Shown piece by piece: positions 27,543-36,820 of a stretch of DNA of 41,902 nucleotides (its first letter is position 1; each line of letters starts with the position of its first letter). The notes below the pieces were generated by a model that ran no database searches, was not told the DNA's origin, and worked only from the letters and a program-made list of their open reading frames with translations. The DNA is taken from IMG/VR virus record IMGVR_UViG_2778261315_000003. The stretch is one strand, 5' to 3'. The position numbers and the translations under genes are program-made. The stretch comes from a virus. Taxonomy: Duplodnaviria > Heunggongvirae > Uroviricota > Caudoviricetes.

Positions 27543-27962
27543 ATGAAGACAATTGATATGTTGGCTAAGTATCTAAATGAATGGCCATTAAAATATTCTC
27601 GTATCGTTCAGGCTGAAGACTGCATTTTTTATGGCGTTTTTGCTGGTAATGAAATGCATTACGAAGTAATTCAGAGTGAGGGACTGGCCGGGTTAACTCT
27701 TAGCGAAGACCATGGTACTAGCGTTACGTTCCATGACTGGATAACAGCACAACGTTCTGAAATGGAAAAAGGCGATGTGTTTGATATTTCTCGCTCTGTT
27801 TGCGCTAAAGCAAAAAGTGATAATGATTACATGAGCGAACACTTATACAACATGAAGTTACAATGCCTGCATGCGGCGCTTATTCAGAATAGGCAATTCG
27901 ATAAAACAAGTGCCATCAATATTGCGGAAGCCATCAACGCTGGATTTGATGCCATTAAGTAA
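27543..27962 (+). CDS. moron protein of unknown function (139 aa, cytoplasmic)
   Basis: Plus-strand ORF between portal and terminase, opposite to all neighbours; no signal peptide; followed by terminator. Confidence 0.55.
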   Translation: MKTIDMLAKYLNEWPLKYSRIVQAEDCIFYGVFAGNEMHYEVIQSEGLAGLTLSEDHGTSVTFHDWITAQRSEMEKGDVFDISRSVCAKAKSDNDYMSEHLYNMKLQCLHAALIQNRQFDKTSAINIAEAINAGFDAIK

Positions 27963-27975
27963 CGCCGTGACATGT

Positions 27976-28010
27976 CACAAACAGCCAGCCGATGAGCTGG
28001 CTTTGTTTTA
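27976..28010. terminator. terminator hairpin between convergent moron and terminase genes
   Basis: AGCCAGC-CGATGA-GCTGGCT followed by TTGTTTT. Confidence 0.5.
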
Positions 28011-28052
28011 TCCTCATCAGAGGATATCAACGACATTATCCCCTCAAGCGGA

Positions 28053-29528
28053 TTAAGCATAGGGATCGTAATCTGTGATGGCCTTGCCTTGCTGGTTCTG
28101 CTGCCCGGGAATTCGCAGACGCTTAGACACAGGGAACGCAAACGTCATCAGTAGCGCATCGCCTTTACCCGGAGAACGCCCAAGCCGCTCCTTGATATCT
28201 TCCTTCGGTTCGATAACGATTTTACCGTCCACTCGAACTTTGTACTCTGCCGCCGACAGGTCGTCCGCTGTTTCCTGGTCATCCAGCATGCCGCCCAGCC
28301 TCAGCCATGTCTTGCATGAGTTGAACATCTCCCCACGCTTGTTGAGCATCTGCGGGTCAGTAGACGCGCCACCGAACGGAACAAGTTGCCATGTGCGCCC
28401 CCAACCGTCACCGATTGACTTCAGCCCGGTACCGTAACCGAAGTCGATGAACACCGCGTCAGCCTGATACTGGTCTTCAAAGTCAGCGATGCGCTTCGCC
28501 ATAATCAGATCGTCGGTGGTCTTGTTGCCAGTCCACAGCACCTTACTGTGCAGCCCCTGCCGCAGGTATATCACCGCGTCATCAACACCGGAGTATGCAG
28601 GGTCAACGCCGATTATCACCGGAGCATGTGCCACCTGCGCAGCAGTTACCACCCGTTTCATTGCCTCGTCAGTAAGACCGGTAGGGATAAACTGCAATTC
28701 AGATGCATCAGGGAATATGCCACGCACACGGATTTTAACGAAGTCGCTGTCTTCCCCGTAGTCATCAACCCATTTCTGCAACTGCTGTTTGTTAGTGCCT
28801 TCCACCGTCCGGCTGTCAATCTGCGCAGTTTTCCAGCGGTGTTTGTATTTGCGAAAACATTCGCGAAAACGTCCGGTATTACGCGTCGGGTTTCCGAACG
28901 CCACCCAGATAATCTCAGTGTCTTCGTCCGTAAGCGCACCCTCAGCAACTTCCCACACCAGATCCGCAATGTTCGACGCTTCATCGAATACCACGATGAT
29001 GCGTTTGCGCTCGTTGTGTAGTCCGGCGAATGCCTCAGTGTTGTGCTCAGACCAGGGGATTGCGTCAGCTCGCCACCGCTTGTCGTGCCCAGGATCATTG
29101 CTGTACATCGCGGTAGCGGTACAGGTAAACCAGTCTTTCGTGATAGCAAGGTTAGACCACTTGATAATTTCCGGCCAGGTCTTCGTTCGTAGCTGGTTGT
29201 CGGTGTTAGCGGTCACCACAACCTTACAATCCTCGCAAGTGGACATGCCCCAGTTGATCAGCATTGAGATGAATGCGGATTTACCAATACCGTGACCTGA
29301 AGCGCGTGCCAGCATAAGCGGCTGATAGCGCGTCTCTGGATTCTGCAGGTGATCACGTATCTCTCGGAACGCATCAGCCTGCCACTGACGTGGGCCGGTA
29401 GCATGTGCCAGTTCAGTCCCTTCTTCCCCCCACGGGAACGCATAGAGGGCATAGCCAAGCGGATCGTGAGTGAACCCTGCAATATCCTCGATCAACTGCT
29501 CTTCAGGAGATAACGCTGTATCTGTCAC
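28053..29528 (-). CDS. terminase large subunit
   Basis: 491 aa; Walker-A-like SGHGIGKS, ATPase and nuclease halves; preceded by small-subunit gene. Confidence 0.85.
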   Translation of the reverse strand: MTDTALSPEEQLIEDIAGFTHDPLGYALYAFPWGEEGTELAHATGPRQWQADAFREIRDHLQNPETRYQPLMLARASGHGIGKSAFISMLINWGMSTCEDCKVVVTANTDNQLRTKTWPEIIKWSNLAITKDWFTCTATAMYSNDPGHDKRWRADAIPWSEHNTEAFAGLHNERKRIIVVFDEASNIADLVWEVAEGALTDEDTEIIWVAFGNPTRNTGRFRECFRKYKHRWKTAQIDSRTVEGTNKQQLQKWVDDYGEDSDFVKIRVRGIFPDASELQFIPTGLTDEAMKRVVTAAQVAHAPVIIGVDPAYSGVDDAVIYLRQGLHSKVLWTGNKTTDDLIMAKRIADFEDQYQADAVFIDFGYGTGLKSIGDGWGRTWQLVPFGGASTDPQMLNKRGEMFNSCKTWLRLGGMLDDQETADDLSAAEYKVRVDGKIVIEPKEDIKERLGRSPGKGDALLMTFAFPVSKRLRIPGQQNQQGKAITDYDPYA

Positions 29529-30121
29529 TGATTACCATCCTGACGTTCTTTGAGTCGCTTCCTGGCTGCTGCTATGCGATCAGCAATTGTCACATTCACA
29601 TTAACATCCAGACGTTCTTTGAACGCGTTGACATCAACATGCTTACCAATCAGCTCAAGGTTCTTCACCTTGTCAGGCCATTTAATTTTTTTGAGGATTG
29701 TCTCTATCGAATCCTCGTTCATGTTCATGATGGTCGACGACAGATCAAAGCCACTAAGCGTAGTGCGCCAGATTTTCGGCCACTCACGGATTGGTTTAAG
29801 GCTCCCATCGTCGTTGAGGATGTCGATCACGTCCATCTGGTCGATCTCCACCAGGCGCATGAGAACGTAATCAGCACTGACGCGCATTCGTTTGTTGCGC
29901 TCCTCCATCAACTCGGCAATCCGTTTTTGAATGCGTTCATCGCGCATCATGACACTGGCTTTAACTGCCGCTGTATTTGGGGAGAATCCTGCGTTAATCG
30001 CTGCCTGAGTCTGGTTTTCAGGCGTTTTGATGTATGACTGACAATAAGCCTCCTGCATTGCTGTTAGTGGCTTAAATTGCGTTGATTTGCGTTTATAGGT
30101 TTTAGGTTCAGCAGGCATCAT
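29525..30121 (-). CDS. terminase small subunit
   Basis: Motif AYCQSYIKTPENQTQAAINAGFSPNTAAVKAS typical of small terminase HTH family; start placed at internal Met (ORF extends to 30199). Confidence 0.65.
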   Translation of the reverse strand: MMPAEPKTYKRKSTQFKPLTAMQEAYCQSYIKTPENQTQAAINAGFSPNTAAVKASVMMRDERIQKRIAELMEERNKRMRVSADYVLMRLVEIDQMDVIDILNDDGSLKPIREWPKIWRTTLSGFDLSSTIMNMNEDSIETILKKIKWPDKVKNLELIGKHVDVNAFKERLDVNVNVTIADRIAAARKRLKERQDGNQ

Positions 30122-30195
30122 AACCACCGTGGTAATTGTTACCGTTGTGGTAATAATACCATGCAAAATAAAGCCGCCATAGTTGGCGGCAGTAT

Positions 30196-30429
30196 TCAAA
30201 ATCCATCAAATTCATCGTAAAAACTCTCGTCAAGATACCCTTCCCATTTACCGCGAATGAAAATTACATCCTCGCCGCAAGGGTGCTGACTGTCGATAAC
30301 TATATCCCTCCTGGCGCAACCATACTTATGCATGAGAAATTTAACCTCTTTCGGAAAATTTGCTGAGTTATCTCTCATATCTTCAAGGTCGTAGCGTATT
30401 TTTGGCATAACACCTTCGTGACATGTCAC
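30196..30429 (-). CDS. hypothetical protein
   Basis: 77 aa ORF, coupled in early/nin-like operon. Confidence 0.4.
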   Translation of the reverse strand: MTCHEGVMPKIRYDLEDMRDNSANFPKEVKFLMHKYGCARRDIVIDSQHPCGEDVIFIRGKWEGYLDESFYDEFDGF

Positions 30430-30767
30430 ACTATTAATTTCGTTTCATGCCAGCCTTTAGTCACCCAGCATTGCGAGTCACCATTACACGGGCATGAATT
30501 CACAGGAACTCTCTCGCCGCACTTACCGCAACGTTTTCTGCTGATCGATTTTATACGCCCGCGCACGCGTGCATCATCCTGGCGGATCAGTAACGCTATA
30601 TACTCACCAAATTCGTAAGGCGCACGCCCGGGGCGACGCGTGGCACAGTTACGCTCCAGCATTTCAATTTCCTGAGCATCAAGCACAATCTCCAGCTTAC
30701 GTACACCGGATTCAGCTTGTCTGGCTCTCTGAGCGGCTTTGCGCTCTGCTGCTGATTTAGCCATCAA
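30426..30767 (-). CDS. hypothetical protein with Cys-rich C-terminus
   Basis: 113 aa; basic coiled N-terminus, C-terminal CGKCG...CPCNGDSQC. Confidence 0.45.
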   Translation of the reverse strand: MMAKSAAERKAAQRARQAESGVRKLEIVLDAQEIEMLERNCATRRPGRAPYEFGEYIALLIRQDDARVRGRIKSISRKRCGKCGERVPVNSCPCNGDSQCWVTKGWHETKLIV

Positions 30768-30791
30768 TATTCACCTTTATTGCGAACATAC

Positions 30792-31013
30792 TTAGCTGTG
30801 TGTTGCCGATGTGCGGAGATTCTCTTCTATCAATTCCACGCATTCTGACCGACGAACAAATAATTCGTCTCCGTTATGAATTACGACATAGCCGTAAGCG
30901 GTTTTACGCATCACATCGAACTCATCCCATACGGAAATACCGCACTCTGCTAACGAGCAATCCAAATAATCTTCCGGATGCTTGTCGGTGTTATTAATGA
31001 TGCGAATCCTCAA
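30792..31013 (-). CDS. hypothetical protein
   Basis: 73 aa ORF. Confidence 0.4.
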   Translation of the reverse strand: MRIRIINNTDKHPEDYLDCSLAECGISVWDEFDVMRKTAYGYVVIHNGDELFVRRSECVELIEENLRTSATHS

Positions 31014-31043
31014 ATCTTTTCACCTTTAAGGATAAGTTGCATG

Positions 31044-31826
31044 TTAGCCACGGTTAACCTCCTTCGGCGGTTCTGGTAGCAGCATCCAGAACAAGGCGTT
31101 CCCTAACCACGATAAAGTGCCGTCGCTCAACTCCACGTATTCCCCTTGCACCTGTCCTGCCATATACTCACCGTGCTTTGAATAAATTAAAATCCAATCA
31201 TCTTGAGCGGGCATTCGCTCACTACAGCTTATCCAACCATCCGGAGTTACCGGATAGTTGCGCATTGCGACCTTTAATGCCTCATAGAAGCAACCTTTCA
31301 GATTGTTGAACTGACGCCCATTTAGCGGGACGTGTTCAGTCAGCATGTTGTGTAATTTCCATGCCGCGTCGTTTACTTCGCTGGATGACAGGGGAGGCAA
31401 CTTGTAAGTTTGGCTTACAGGTTCGGCACCATGAAGCATGGCGGCTCGGCAGGCGTTTTCTGCGATAGATGCGCATTCTTCAACGACATCGCGCACCGAT
31501 TCTGGAAATTCATCTATGCACGCGCGGATTGCTGTAGCGGCATCTGGCACAGATACCTGCGCTGGCTGGGCAGTGTAAACGATACCTTCAACCCAATGCG
31601 CACCATCTTCATTGCAATGGCACTTCGACTCTAGCGGCTCATCCAAACCTTCAGCACCACACCCGCTACAGGTGAAGAGTTTGCGACTTTTGGCTTCCAG
31701 CGATGCCAGTGCAATTCGTGCCAGTTCTTCCGCTTCTTCTGCTGGCAGTACAACGTTGCTACCAGGTCCGTATGTTTCGCGCCACTGCTTGATTGTCAGC
31801 AGTCGCTCTTTGGTAATAGTGGTCAT
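31044..31826 (-). CDS. DUF551-like prophage protein
   Basis: 260 aa; C-terminal GWISCSERMPAQDDWILIY matches the DUF551 signature as recalled. Confidence 0.5.
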   Translation of the reverse strand: MTTITKERLLTIKQWRETYGPGSNVVLPAEEAEELARIALASLEAKSRKLFTCSGCGAEGLDEPLESKCHCNEDGAHWVEGIVYTAQPAQVSVPDAATAIRACIDEFPESVRDVVEECASIAENACRAAMLHGAEPVSQTYKLPPLSSSEVNDAAWKLHNMLTEHVPLNGRQFNNLKGCFYEALKVAMRNYPVTPDGWISCSERMPAQDDWILIYSKHGEYMAGQVQGEYVELSDGTLSWLGNALFWMLLPEPPKEVNRG

Positions 31827-31836
31827 TTGTTATGCC

Positions 31837-32034
31837 TCAATACACGAAATCTGTTTTAAATTCATGGTTACATTCTGGACAGCATGTTTCGTAACCTTTT
31901 ATTTCTTCACATGCCTGTTTAGCTCCAGAAAACTCCCAGAAATCTGGATCACAAAGCAGATCGAAATTGTGACCACATTTGGGACATTCGGTATCAAGTG
32001 ACAGACTCCAGTAGGCAGTGGTGTTTTTATCCAT
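31837..32034 (-). CDS. small zinc-ribbon protein
   Basis: 65 aa with CPKCGH ... CCPEC pairs. Confidence 0.45.
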   Translation of the reverse strand: MDKNTTAYWSLSLDTECPKCGHNFDLLCDPDFWEFSGAKQACEEIKGYETCCPECNHEFKTDFVY

Positions 32035-32035
32035 A

Positions 32036-32821
32036 TCACTCTCCTTTGATGCGAATGCCAGCGTCAGACATCATATGCAGATACTCAACTGCATCCTGAA
32101 CCCATTGACCGCCAATCCCGTAATAGCGATGCGTAATGATGTCGATAGTTACTAACGGGTCTTGTTCGATTAACTTCCGCAGAAACTCTTCCAGGTCACC
32201 AGTGCAGTGCTTGATGACAGGAGTTTTCCCAGGATGGCGAACAACAAGAAACTGATTTCCGACTTCACGGACTTCGTTGCTTTCCAGTTCTGCAATGCGC
32301 TTCTCTGAGGCTTCCAGCTTCTCGCGCATATCGTCAACGTACTCGACCAGAGAACCGCCAGCAGGAATTTCGCACTCCTCGACCAGTTGGAAGTAGATAT
32401 CAGCTGCGGCCCGTGTGTTGCTATGCCTAGCGTCGCCCATCTCACCTTCACGAAGAGCATCGCGTTCGGCGGTAAGATTGGCTATTTTGCTGTCTTTGCC
32501 TTCCAGCTCAACGCGCAGCCTCCCAACCGTAAGCGCAATATCCTCGTTCTCCTGGTCGCGTGATTTGATGTATTGCTGGTTTCTTTCCCGTTCATCCAGT
32601 AGTGCCAGCACGGTTTCTGGTCCGGCCAGAAATTTGAAGGCGTTGAGCGCATCAATATCAACGCCGTAATCTTTAAGTTCCTGTTCGCTTATCAGATCAT
32701 CATCAACTGGCAACATTAACAGGCGTTCCATTGCTGGAATTGCACGTTCCGCCACCTCACGCAATGCCTGGTAATTAATTTCGCTCACTGGTTGCCTCCT
32801 TTGCGAATCTGTTCCGCCCAT
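32036..32821 (-). CDS. hypothetical coiled-coil protein (possibly Ea22-like)
   Basis: 261 aa; N-terminus INYQALREVAERA resembles Ea22-family starts by recall; central coiled coil. Confidence 0.45.
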   Translation of the reverse strand: MGGTDSQRRQPVSEINYQALREVAERAIPAMERLLMLPVDDDLISEQELKDYGVDIDALNAFKFLAGPETVLALLDERERNQQYIKSRDQENEDIALTVGRLRVELEGKDSKIANLTAERDALREGEMGDARHSNTRAAADIYFQLVEECEIPAGGSLVEYVDDMREKLEASEKRIAELESNEVREVGNQFLVVRHPGKTPVIKHCTGDLEEFLRKLIEQDPLVTIDIITHRYYGIGGQWVQDAVEYLHMMSDAGIRIKGE

Positions 32822-33396
32822 TCTTCAAGGGATTTCTCCGCATATTCACCAGACAGGCCATCAATCGGATGCGGTTCATTAGCCAACTCTTCTTTCGCTG
32901 ACAGAATCATGCGTGTAACGTCGAAAACTTCACGTAAAGACTTATTGATAAATCCGTGATTGAACGCAGCAGCAAGGCGGCTGGCGGTATAGTTAATCCC
33001 CTCGTTGCGTGCTTCTGCACGAATTTCAGCCAGGAAAGCGTCGGTGGCTGGGGTTTCTGGCATACAGTCAGCAGCGTCGAAATACTCTTCACTTTTGTCA
33101 TCCCAAATCCAGCAATCATCTTTGATGAACTTGTTCAGCCCCGCATTCTCCGCCGCCAGCGCCGAAAACTTCTCGTGTGCCAACTTAACAGCCGAATCAG
33201 CCTGCTTAATTGACTCAATCGCTCTCTGGTGGTCTTCGGCCAGCGCATTAGCACGCACCAGTTGCACTTCCAGTTGCGCTGCCAAATCGCTGATCAGCTT
33301 TGCCACACTGCGCATATCAACGGCACCACATTCTGCTTTCAGTTCCGAAGCCATCTCATGCCCGGCGGCAACTAACCCTTTGATATTACTTTCCAT
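32785..33396 (-). CDS. hypothetical coiled-coil protein
   Basis: 203 aa, helical, acidic. Confidence 0.45.
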   Translation of the reverse strand: MESNIKGLVAAGHEMASELKAECGAVDMRSVAKLISDLAAQLEVQLVRANALAEDHQRAIESIKQADSAVKLAHEKFSALAAENAGLNKFIKDDCWIWDDKSEEYFDAADCMPETPATDAFLAEIRAEARNEGINYTASRLAAAFNHGFINKSLREVFDVTRMILSAKEELANEPHPIDGLSGEYAEKSLEEWAEQIRKGGNQ

Positions 33397-33457
33397 CTTT
33401 ACCCTCGCTTATCCACATAACTTATTGATTACATTGATAACTAAAAAGATCGTCTAT

Positions 33458-33802
33458 TCAGAACTCTTCGATGTTCCAGCCACCACCTGCTTTCTTTGGC
33501 TTAACCGTTACCCCGATGATTCGGAACGGATACTGATCTGCGGCGACTTTGGTTTTCACCCTGGCGTCGTCGGTCCAGAAACCTTTCACTTCGTGCAGTT
33601 CCATCTCGCCGGTGGCGAGCATCACAGCAAAATCGGGCGTATAGAACGTGTTGTCAGCTAACCGCAACTTGATACCCTCGAATCGATACCAGGCGATTTC
33701 CCCTGCACGTTTACGCTGCTCAAGGTGCTGGCAATACGCAGATTCTGTTTTGTTCATCTGGCCTGTTTTGAGTCGACCAAGAGCCTGTATCTGTTTTCTC
33801 AT
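33458..33802 (-). CDS. DUF1064-like phage protein, putative nuclease
   Basis: 114 aa; pattern AGEIAWYRFEG...YTPDF...HEVKG resembles DUF1064 by recall. Confidence 0.45.
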   Translation of the reverse strand: MRKQIQALGRLKTGQMNKTESAYCQHLEQRKRAGEIAWYRFEGIKLRLADNTFYTPDFAVMLATGEMELHEVKGFWTDDARVKTKVAADQYPFRIIGVTVKPKKAGGGWNIEEF

Positions 33803-33805
33803 GAT

Positions 33806-33820
33806 TTACCCCTGAGGTAA
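33806..33820. promoter_or_regulatory. palindromic operator-like site TTACCCCTGAGGTAA
   Basis: Perfect TTACC-N5-GGTAA, 4 bp upstream of the 33802 start codon. Confidence 0.6.
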
Positions 33821-33867
33821 TTAAAAACCACATAAGACACGAAATCAATAGATCTTAGAACATTTTA

Positions 33868-33882
33868 TTACCTAGCAGGTAA
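33868..33882. promoter_or_regulatory. palindromic operator-like site TTACCTAGCAGGTAA
   Basis: Perfect TTACC-N5-GGTAA; second site in same intergenic region, 48 bp centre-to-centre from previous. Confidence 0.6.
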
Positions 33883-33919
33883 TTATCAAAACGTAAAAAA
33901 ATGCGCTATCGCGCTGGTA

Positions 33920-34696
33920 TTACTTGATAAATCCTGCCGCCTTTCCCCGCCTGTATTCCTCCATCAGCCACTGCGCCGGTGTTATTCCCCCCAGGGTAGC
34001 GGCGTTAGGCATACACCCGAAACTTCGCCCTGGTGGATGGTAAACGTCTCTCCCTGTGTCCGGAGGCGTACTCATGGGTTCTGGCTTTGCCTGTATGCTG
34101 ATCACCGGATCGGGTATCTGCTGTCCGGAAGCCACCTTTTTCGCCCAATCATCAAGCAGCCTGCGCGCGTGTTTCTCAACCTCAATCTCGCTAAGCTGGC
34201 GCTGATACATTGCACGGCGGGTATCACATACGACCCAGTACATAACCGGATGCCGCCACGGGAATCTTTCGGGACCACCAGGATATAAACTTTTTTCCTT
34301 GCTGTACCGGTGAAACTCCGCCATCACATCGTCAATGGTGACGCCAAGAACCATCTTGCTGTCTTTACACCACTTGATAAATTGCCCTGGCGACGGCCAG
34401 AACGGAGATTCACTGGCGCGGGCGTGGCGCATACCAGCGTTAACCTGTTCCATTGTAGTGATCCCATTCTCCAGAAACGCAAGCATCCATTGCTTACGGA
34501 ATTCATTAAGTTTGTTCTGCTCCCTTATGGTCGAAACGCTTGCAGGAAATGCAGCCTGTAACTGGACAAATAGTTCATTGAAAATTCTAGCGACCTGCTC
34601 CTTTTTGCCATTGCTGTCACGCCGCTCTTCATGCACAGCAACACCATGCTCACGTAAGCGATCGTACTCATTGAGAAGTTCTGGAGTTGATTTCAT
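33920..34696 (-). CDS. replication protein P-like (helicase loader)
   Basis: 258 aa; strong resemblance to lambda P by recall (AFPAS...QWMLAFLENGITTMEQVNAGMRHAR...FWPSPGQFIKWC). Confidence 0.85.
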   Translation of the reverse strand: MKSTPELLNEYDRLREHGVAVHEERRDSNGKKEQVARIFNELFVQLQAAFPASVSTIREQNKLNEFRKQWMLAFLENGITTMEQVNAGMRHARASESPFWPSPGQFIKWCKDSKMVLGVTIDDVMAEFHRYSKEKSLYPGGPERFPWRHPVMYWVVCDTRRAMYQRQLSEIEVEKHARRLLDDWAKKVASGQQIPDPVISIQAKPEPMSTPPDTGRDVYHPPGRSFGCMPNAATLGGITPAQWLMEEYRRGKAAGFIK

Positions 34697-35510
34697 CCCA
34701 CACCCCTTCTATCCAGTCAGTGTTATTCCAGTCAAGCTCATCGCTTTTCCCGACGTTTTTTGATTTTCCCCTGATATGATTTACGTGCCTGGCGAATTTT
34801 TGTTCCCACTGAACCTGCGTGAACACTTTGCCCTCAGCCATCCAGTAATCCCGGAATGCAGCAAGTTCAGCAGGTGTAAATTCCGGTTCCGGCAGGGCCG
34901 TTCCCCACAGCGCAGCACGCCGTCGAAAATCCGGCGATGGATGCCAGCCATCGGCCATCGGAAATTTCCCAATAGGTTCACTCAGGCCATCCAGAAATGC
35001 AGGTTCTGCCACCTGCAACGGCGTACCGTTCGCTTCACTGGTCGGATCACTCTCGCGCGCGTGTGCTATGTGTGGGGTTTTATATATATCTTCCTCTTCC
35101 TCTGGTAACTCCTTTTGTAACGCTGTTGGCGTTACTTTTTGCGTTACTCGTTTTCGATGCTCTGCCACTCTTCTATTCGTAAGTGCACGTTTTTTCGATG
35201 ATTCTCCATTGTGTCGCTCAAAGTTTGGAAGAATTAGTTTGCCGTCATGATAAGCAAGCCATCCGACGCTAATGAGGGCGTCAGCAAATCCTGTAATAAA
35301 AGCGAGTCTATCAAGTACTCCTTTTGTAACGCTGCCAGCGTTACCGTCTATTGTTTGCTGGTCAGCCCATGCCCATATACGAACCAGCTTTCCAATAACA
35401 GCATCTGGATCAATACCCAGAATTTCTGCTATCTGAAAAATTTCAGGTTTATCAGGAGTGATAACTTCAACCTTAATCCAGCTGCTTGCCATAGGTTTCC
35501 CCTCTTGCAC
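34668..35510 (-). CDS. replication initiator with DnaT-like C-terminal domain (lambda O position)
   Basis: 280 aa; C-terminal DGWHPSPDF...FTPAELAAFRDYWMAEGKVFTQVQWEQKFARHV typical of DnaT-domain phage replication proteins; precedes and overlaps P-like gene. Confidence 0.7.
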   Translation of the reverse strand: MQEGKPMASSWIKVEVITPDKPEIFQIAEILGIDPDAVIGKLVRIWAWADQQTIDGNAGSVTKGVLDRLAFITGFADALISVGWLAYHDGKLILPNFERHNGESSKKRALTNRRVAEHRKRVTQKVTPTALQKELPEEEEDIYKTPHIAHARESDPTSEANGTPLQVAEPAFLDGLSEPIGKFPMADGWHPSPDFRRRAALWGTALPEPEFTPAELAAFRDYWMAEGKVFTQVQWEQKFARHVNHIRGKSKNVGKSDELDWNNTDWIEGVWDEINSRTSQ

Positions 35511-35685
35511 TCTTTAGTGCACAAGCAAATTCATTACGATGGCGGTTGGCGCTATTCATTGCACATTCAACACATGTTCCGTTCAGAACATACCTTTCAG
35601 AGAGATGGCCGTGACGGCACCGCTTTCCTGTGAAATAGCGATTTAACCCGGCTTTTGCGGCCTCCATTCTGGTTACTATCTTCAA
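35473..35685 (-). CDS. small zinc-finger protein (CII position)
   Basis: 70 aa with C-x-H ... C-x2-C pattern (RCRHGH...CVEC). Confidence 0.4.
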   Translation of the reverse strand: MKIVTRMEAAKAGLNRYFTGKRCRHGHLSERYVLNGTCVECAMNSANRHRNEFACALKSARGETYGKQLD

Positions 35686-35763
35686 TTTTTCCGCCCCTTT
35701 TTGTTATTGATATTGGCTATTTTGCACAATTGGAAAATTTGATCAACCAGATTTGGTTTTTTA

Positions 35764-35778
35764 TTACCTTTGAGGTAC
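35764..35778. promoter_or_regulatory. near-palindromic operator-like site TTACCTTTGAGGTAC
   Basis: One mismatch from TTACC-N5-GGTAA; intergenic between Cro-like gene and downstream replication operon. Confidence 0.45.
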
Positions 35779-35833
35779 GAATAGATATGAAAAGACCGCC
35801 GGATGGCGGTCTACAGAGGGTTGTGGCTGGATA

Positions 35834-36064
35834 TCATGAGTAGAAGAAGTATGCCAGTTCTGCTTTTGAGCGCAGCCATTGTCTTGTTTTACAGGCTTTA
35901 AAAAGCCCATTCATCAATACCTTACCTGGCATTTTGCGCTTACCTGTTAAGTGAGTCTGGATATAGTGACTCGTCGTTCCGGCTTCCTGTGCGAAGGCTT
36001 CACGCTCATCCGGAGTAAGTGCAAGCCAGTGCTTTTTGAAATCGAAATGTCCGTTATCGCTCAT
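35834..36064 (-). CDS. Cro-like small DNA-binding regulator
   Basis: 76 aa, divergent from repressor gene, HTH-like LTPDEREAFAQEAGTTSHYIQTHLTGKRKMP. Confidence 0.5.
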   Translation of the reverse strand: MSDNGHFDFKKHWLALTPDEREAFAQEAGTTSHYIQTHLTGKRKMPGKVLMNGLFKACKTRQWLRSKAELAYFFYS

Positions 36065-36100
36065 AGCTATTGCCTGATATTTATTTCAGATAATAAATAT

Positions 36101-36115
36101 TCACCCATAAGGTAA
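36101..36115. promoter_or_regulatory. operator-like site variant TCACCCATAAGGTAA
   Basis: One-mismatch variant in the repressor/cro intergenic region. Confidence 0.4.
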
Positions 36116-36131
36116 CAAAAATCAAGGATAG

Positions 36132-36146
36132 TTACCTATGAGGTGC
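36132..36146. promoter_or_regulatory. operator-like site variant TTACCTATGAGGTGC
   Basis: Two-mismatch variant, adjacent to the perfect site at 36149. Confidence 0.4.
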
Positions 36147-36148
36147 AT

Positions 36149-36163
36149 TTACCTGTTGGGTAA
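36149..36163. promoter_or_regulatory. palindromic operator-like site TTACCTGTTGGGTAA
   Basis: Perfect TTACC-N5-GGTAA in the divergent repressor/cro promoter region. Confidence 0.6.
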
Positions 36164-36218
36164 TATTGCTTTAAATTGAATCATCTACTGATTCATATAT
36201 GAGGCGATTTTCCAGAAA

Positions 36219-36803
36219 ATGAAAAGTATCCAGGACGTCCGCAGGCAAAATCTCAACGACTTGATCGACCGTGAATTCAATGGTGTTCAGACGCGGATGG
36301 CAGAAAAACTTGGAACTCAGGCAAATCTGGTAAACCGCTGGGCTCTTGGCAAGAAGGTTATCGGCGACCAGGTTGCGCGAAAAATTGAAGCTGCCGCCAA
36401 TAAACCCCGTAACTGGCTTGATATCGATCGCTCGCTTTCTCAGGAAGGTTTTCAGCCTGTCGGCCCAAGCGACATTGGTCAGCTGGCGGCTCACAACCTG
36501 GAACGCTGGATGAGCGAAAGCCGCGACCTTTCAACTCAGGGAAAACTTCACCGCGCATCCGGCGTCGCCCAGGTGACAATCAGCCGCCTGTTAAACAATG
36601 AGGTCAGTGTTTCCATTTCCACCCTGGAGAATGTTGCATCAGCATTCGGGCGTCACGGCTATGAATTACTGATTCACCCGCACGACCCTGCGACCATCAA
36701 CTATGACCGCTCGCGCTACGCATTGTTACCCGAAACCGAGAAAGCAAAGATCGAAAGTTATATTGAATTTGTCATCAACCAGAACGAAAAAAACAAACAA
36801 TAA
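36219..36803 (+). CDS. tandem-HTH (XRE-family) repressor, CI position, no peptidase domain
   Basis: 194 aa; two HTH-like segments (VQTRMAEKLGTQANLVNRWALGK and LHRASGVAQVTISRLLNNE); no S24/LexA-like C-terminal domain visible. Confidence 0.65.
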   Translation: MKSIQDVRRQNLNDLIDREFNGVQTRMAEKLGTQANLVNRWALGKKVIGDQVARKIEAAANKPRNWLDIDRSLSQEGFQPVGPSDIGQLAAHNLERWMSESRDLSTQGKLHRASGVAQVTISRLLNNEVSVSISTLENVASAFGRHGYELLIHPHDPATINYDRSRYALLPETEKAKIESYIEFVINQNEKNKQ

Positions 36804-36820
36804 AATCATATTTTTCAGTA

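Noticed and set aside
33005-33661. 218-aa plus-strand ORF
   Set aside because: Antisense to the early-operon genes; Ser/Ala-rich low-complexity translation.
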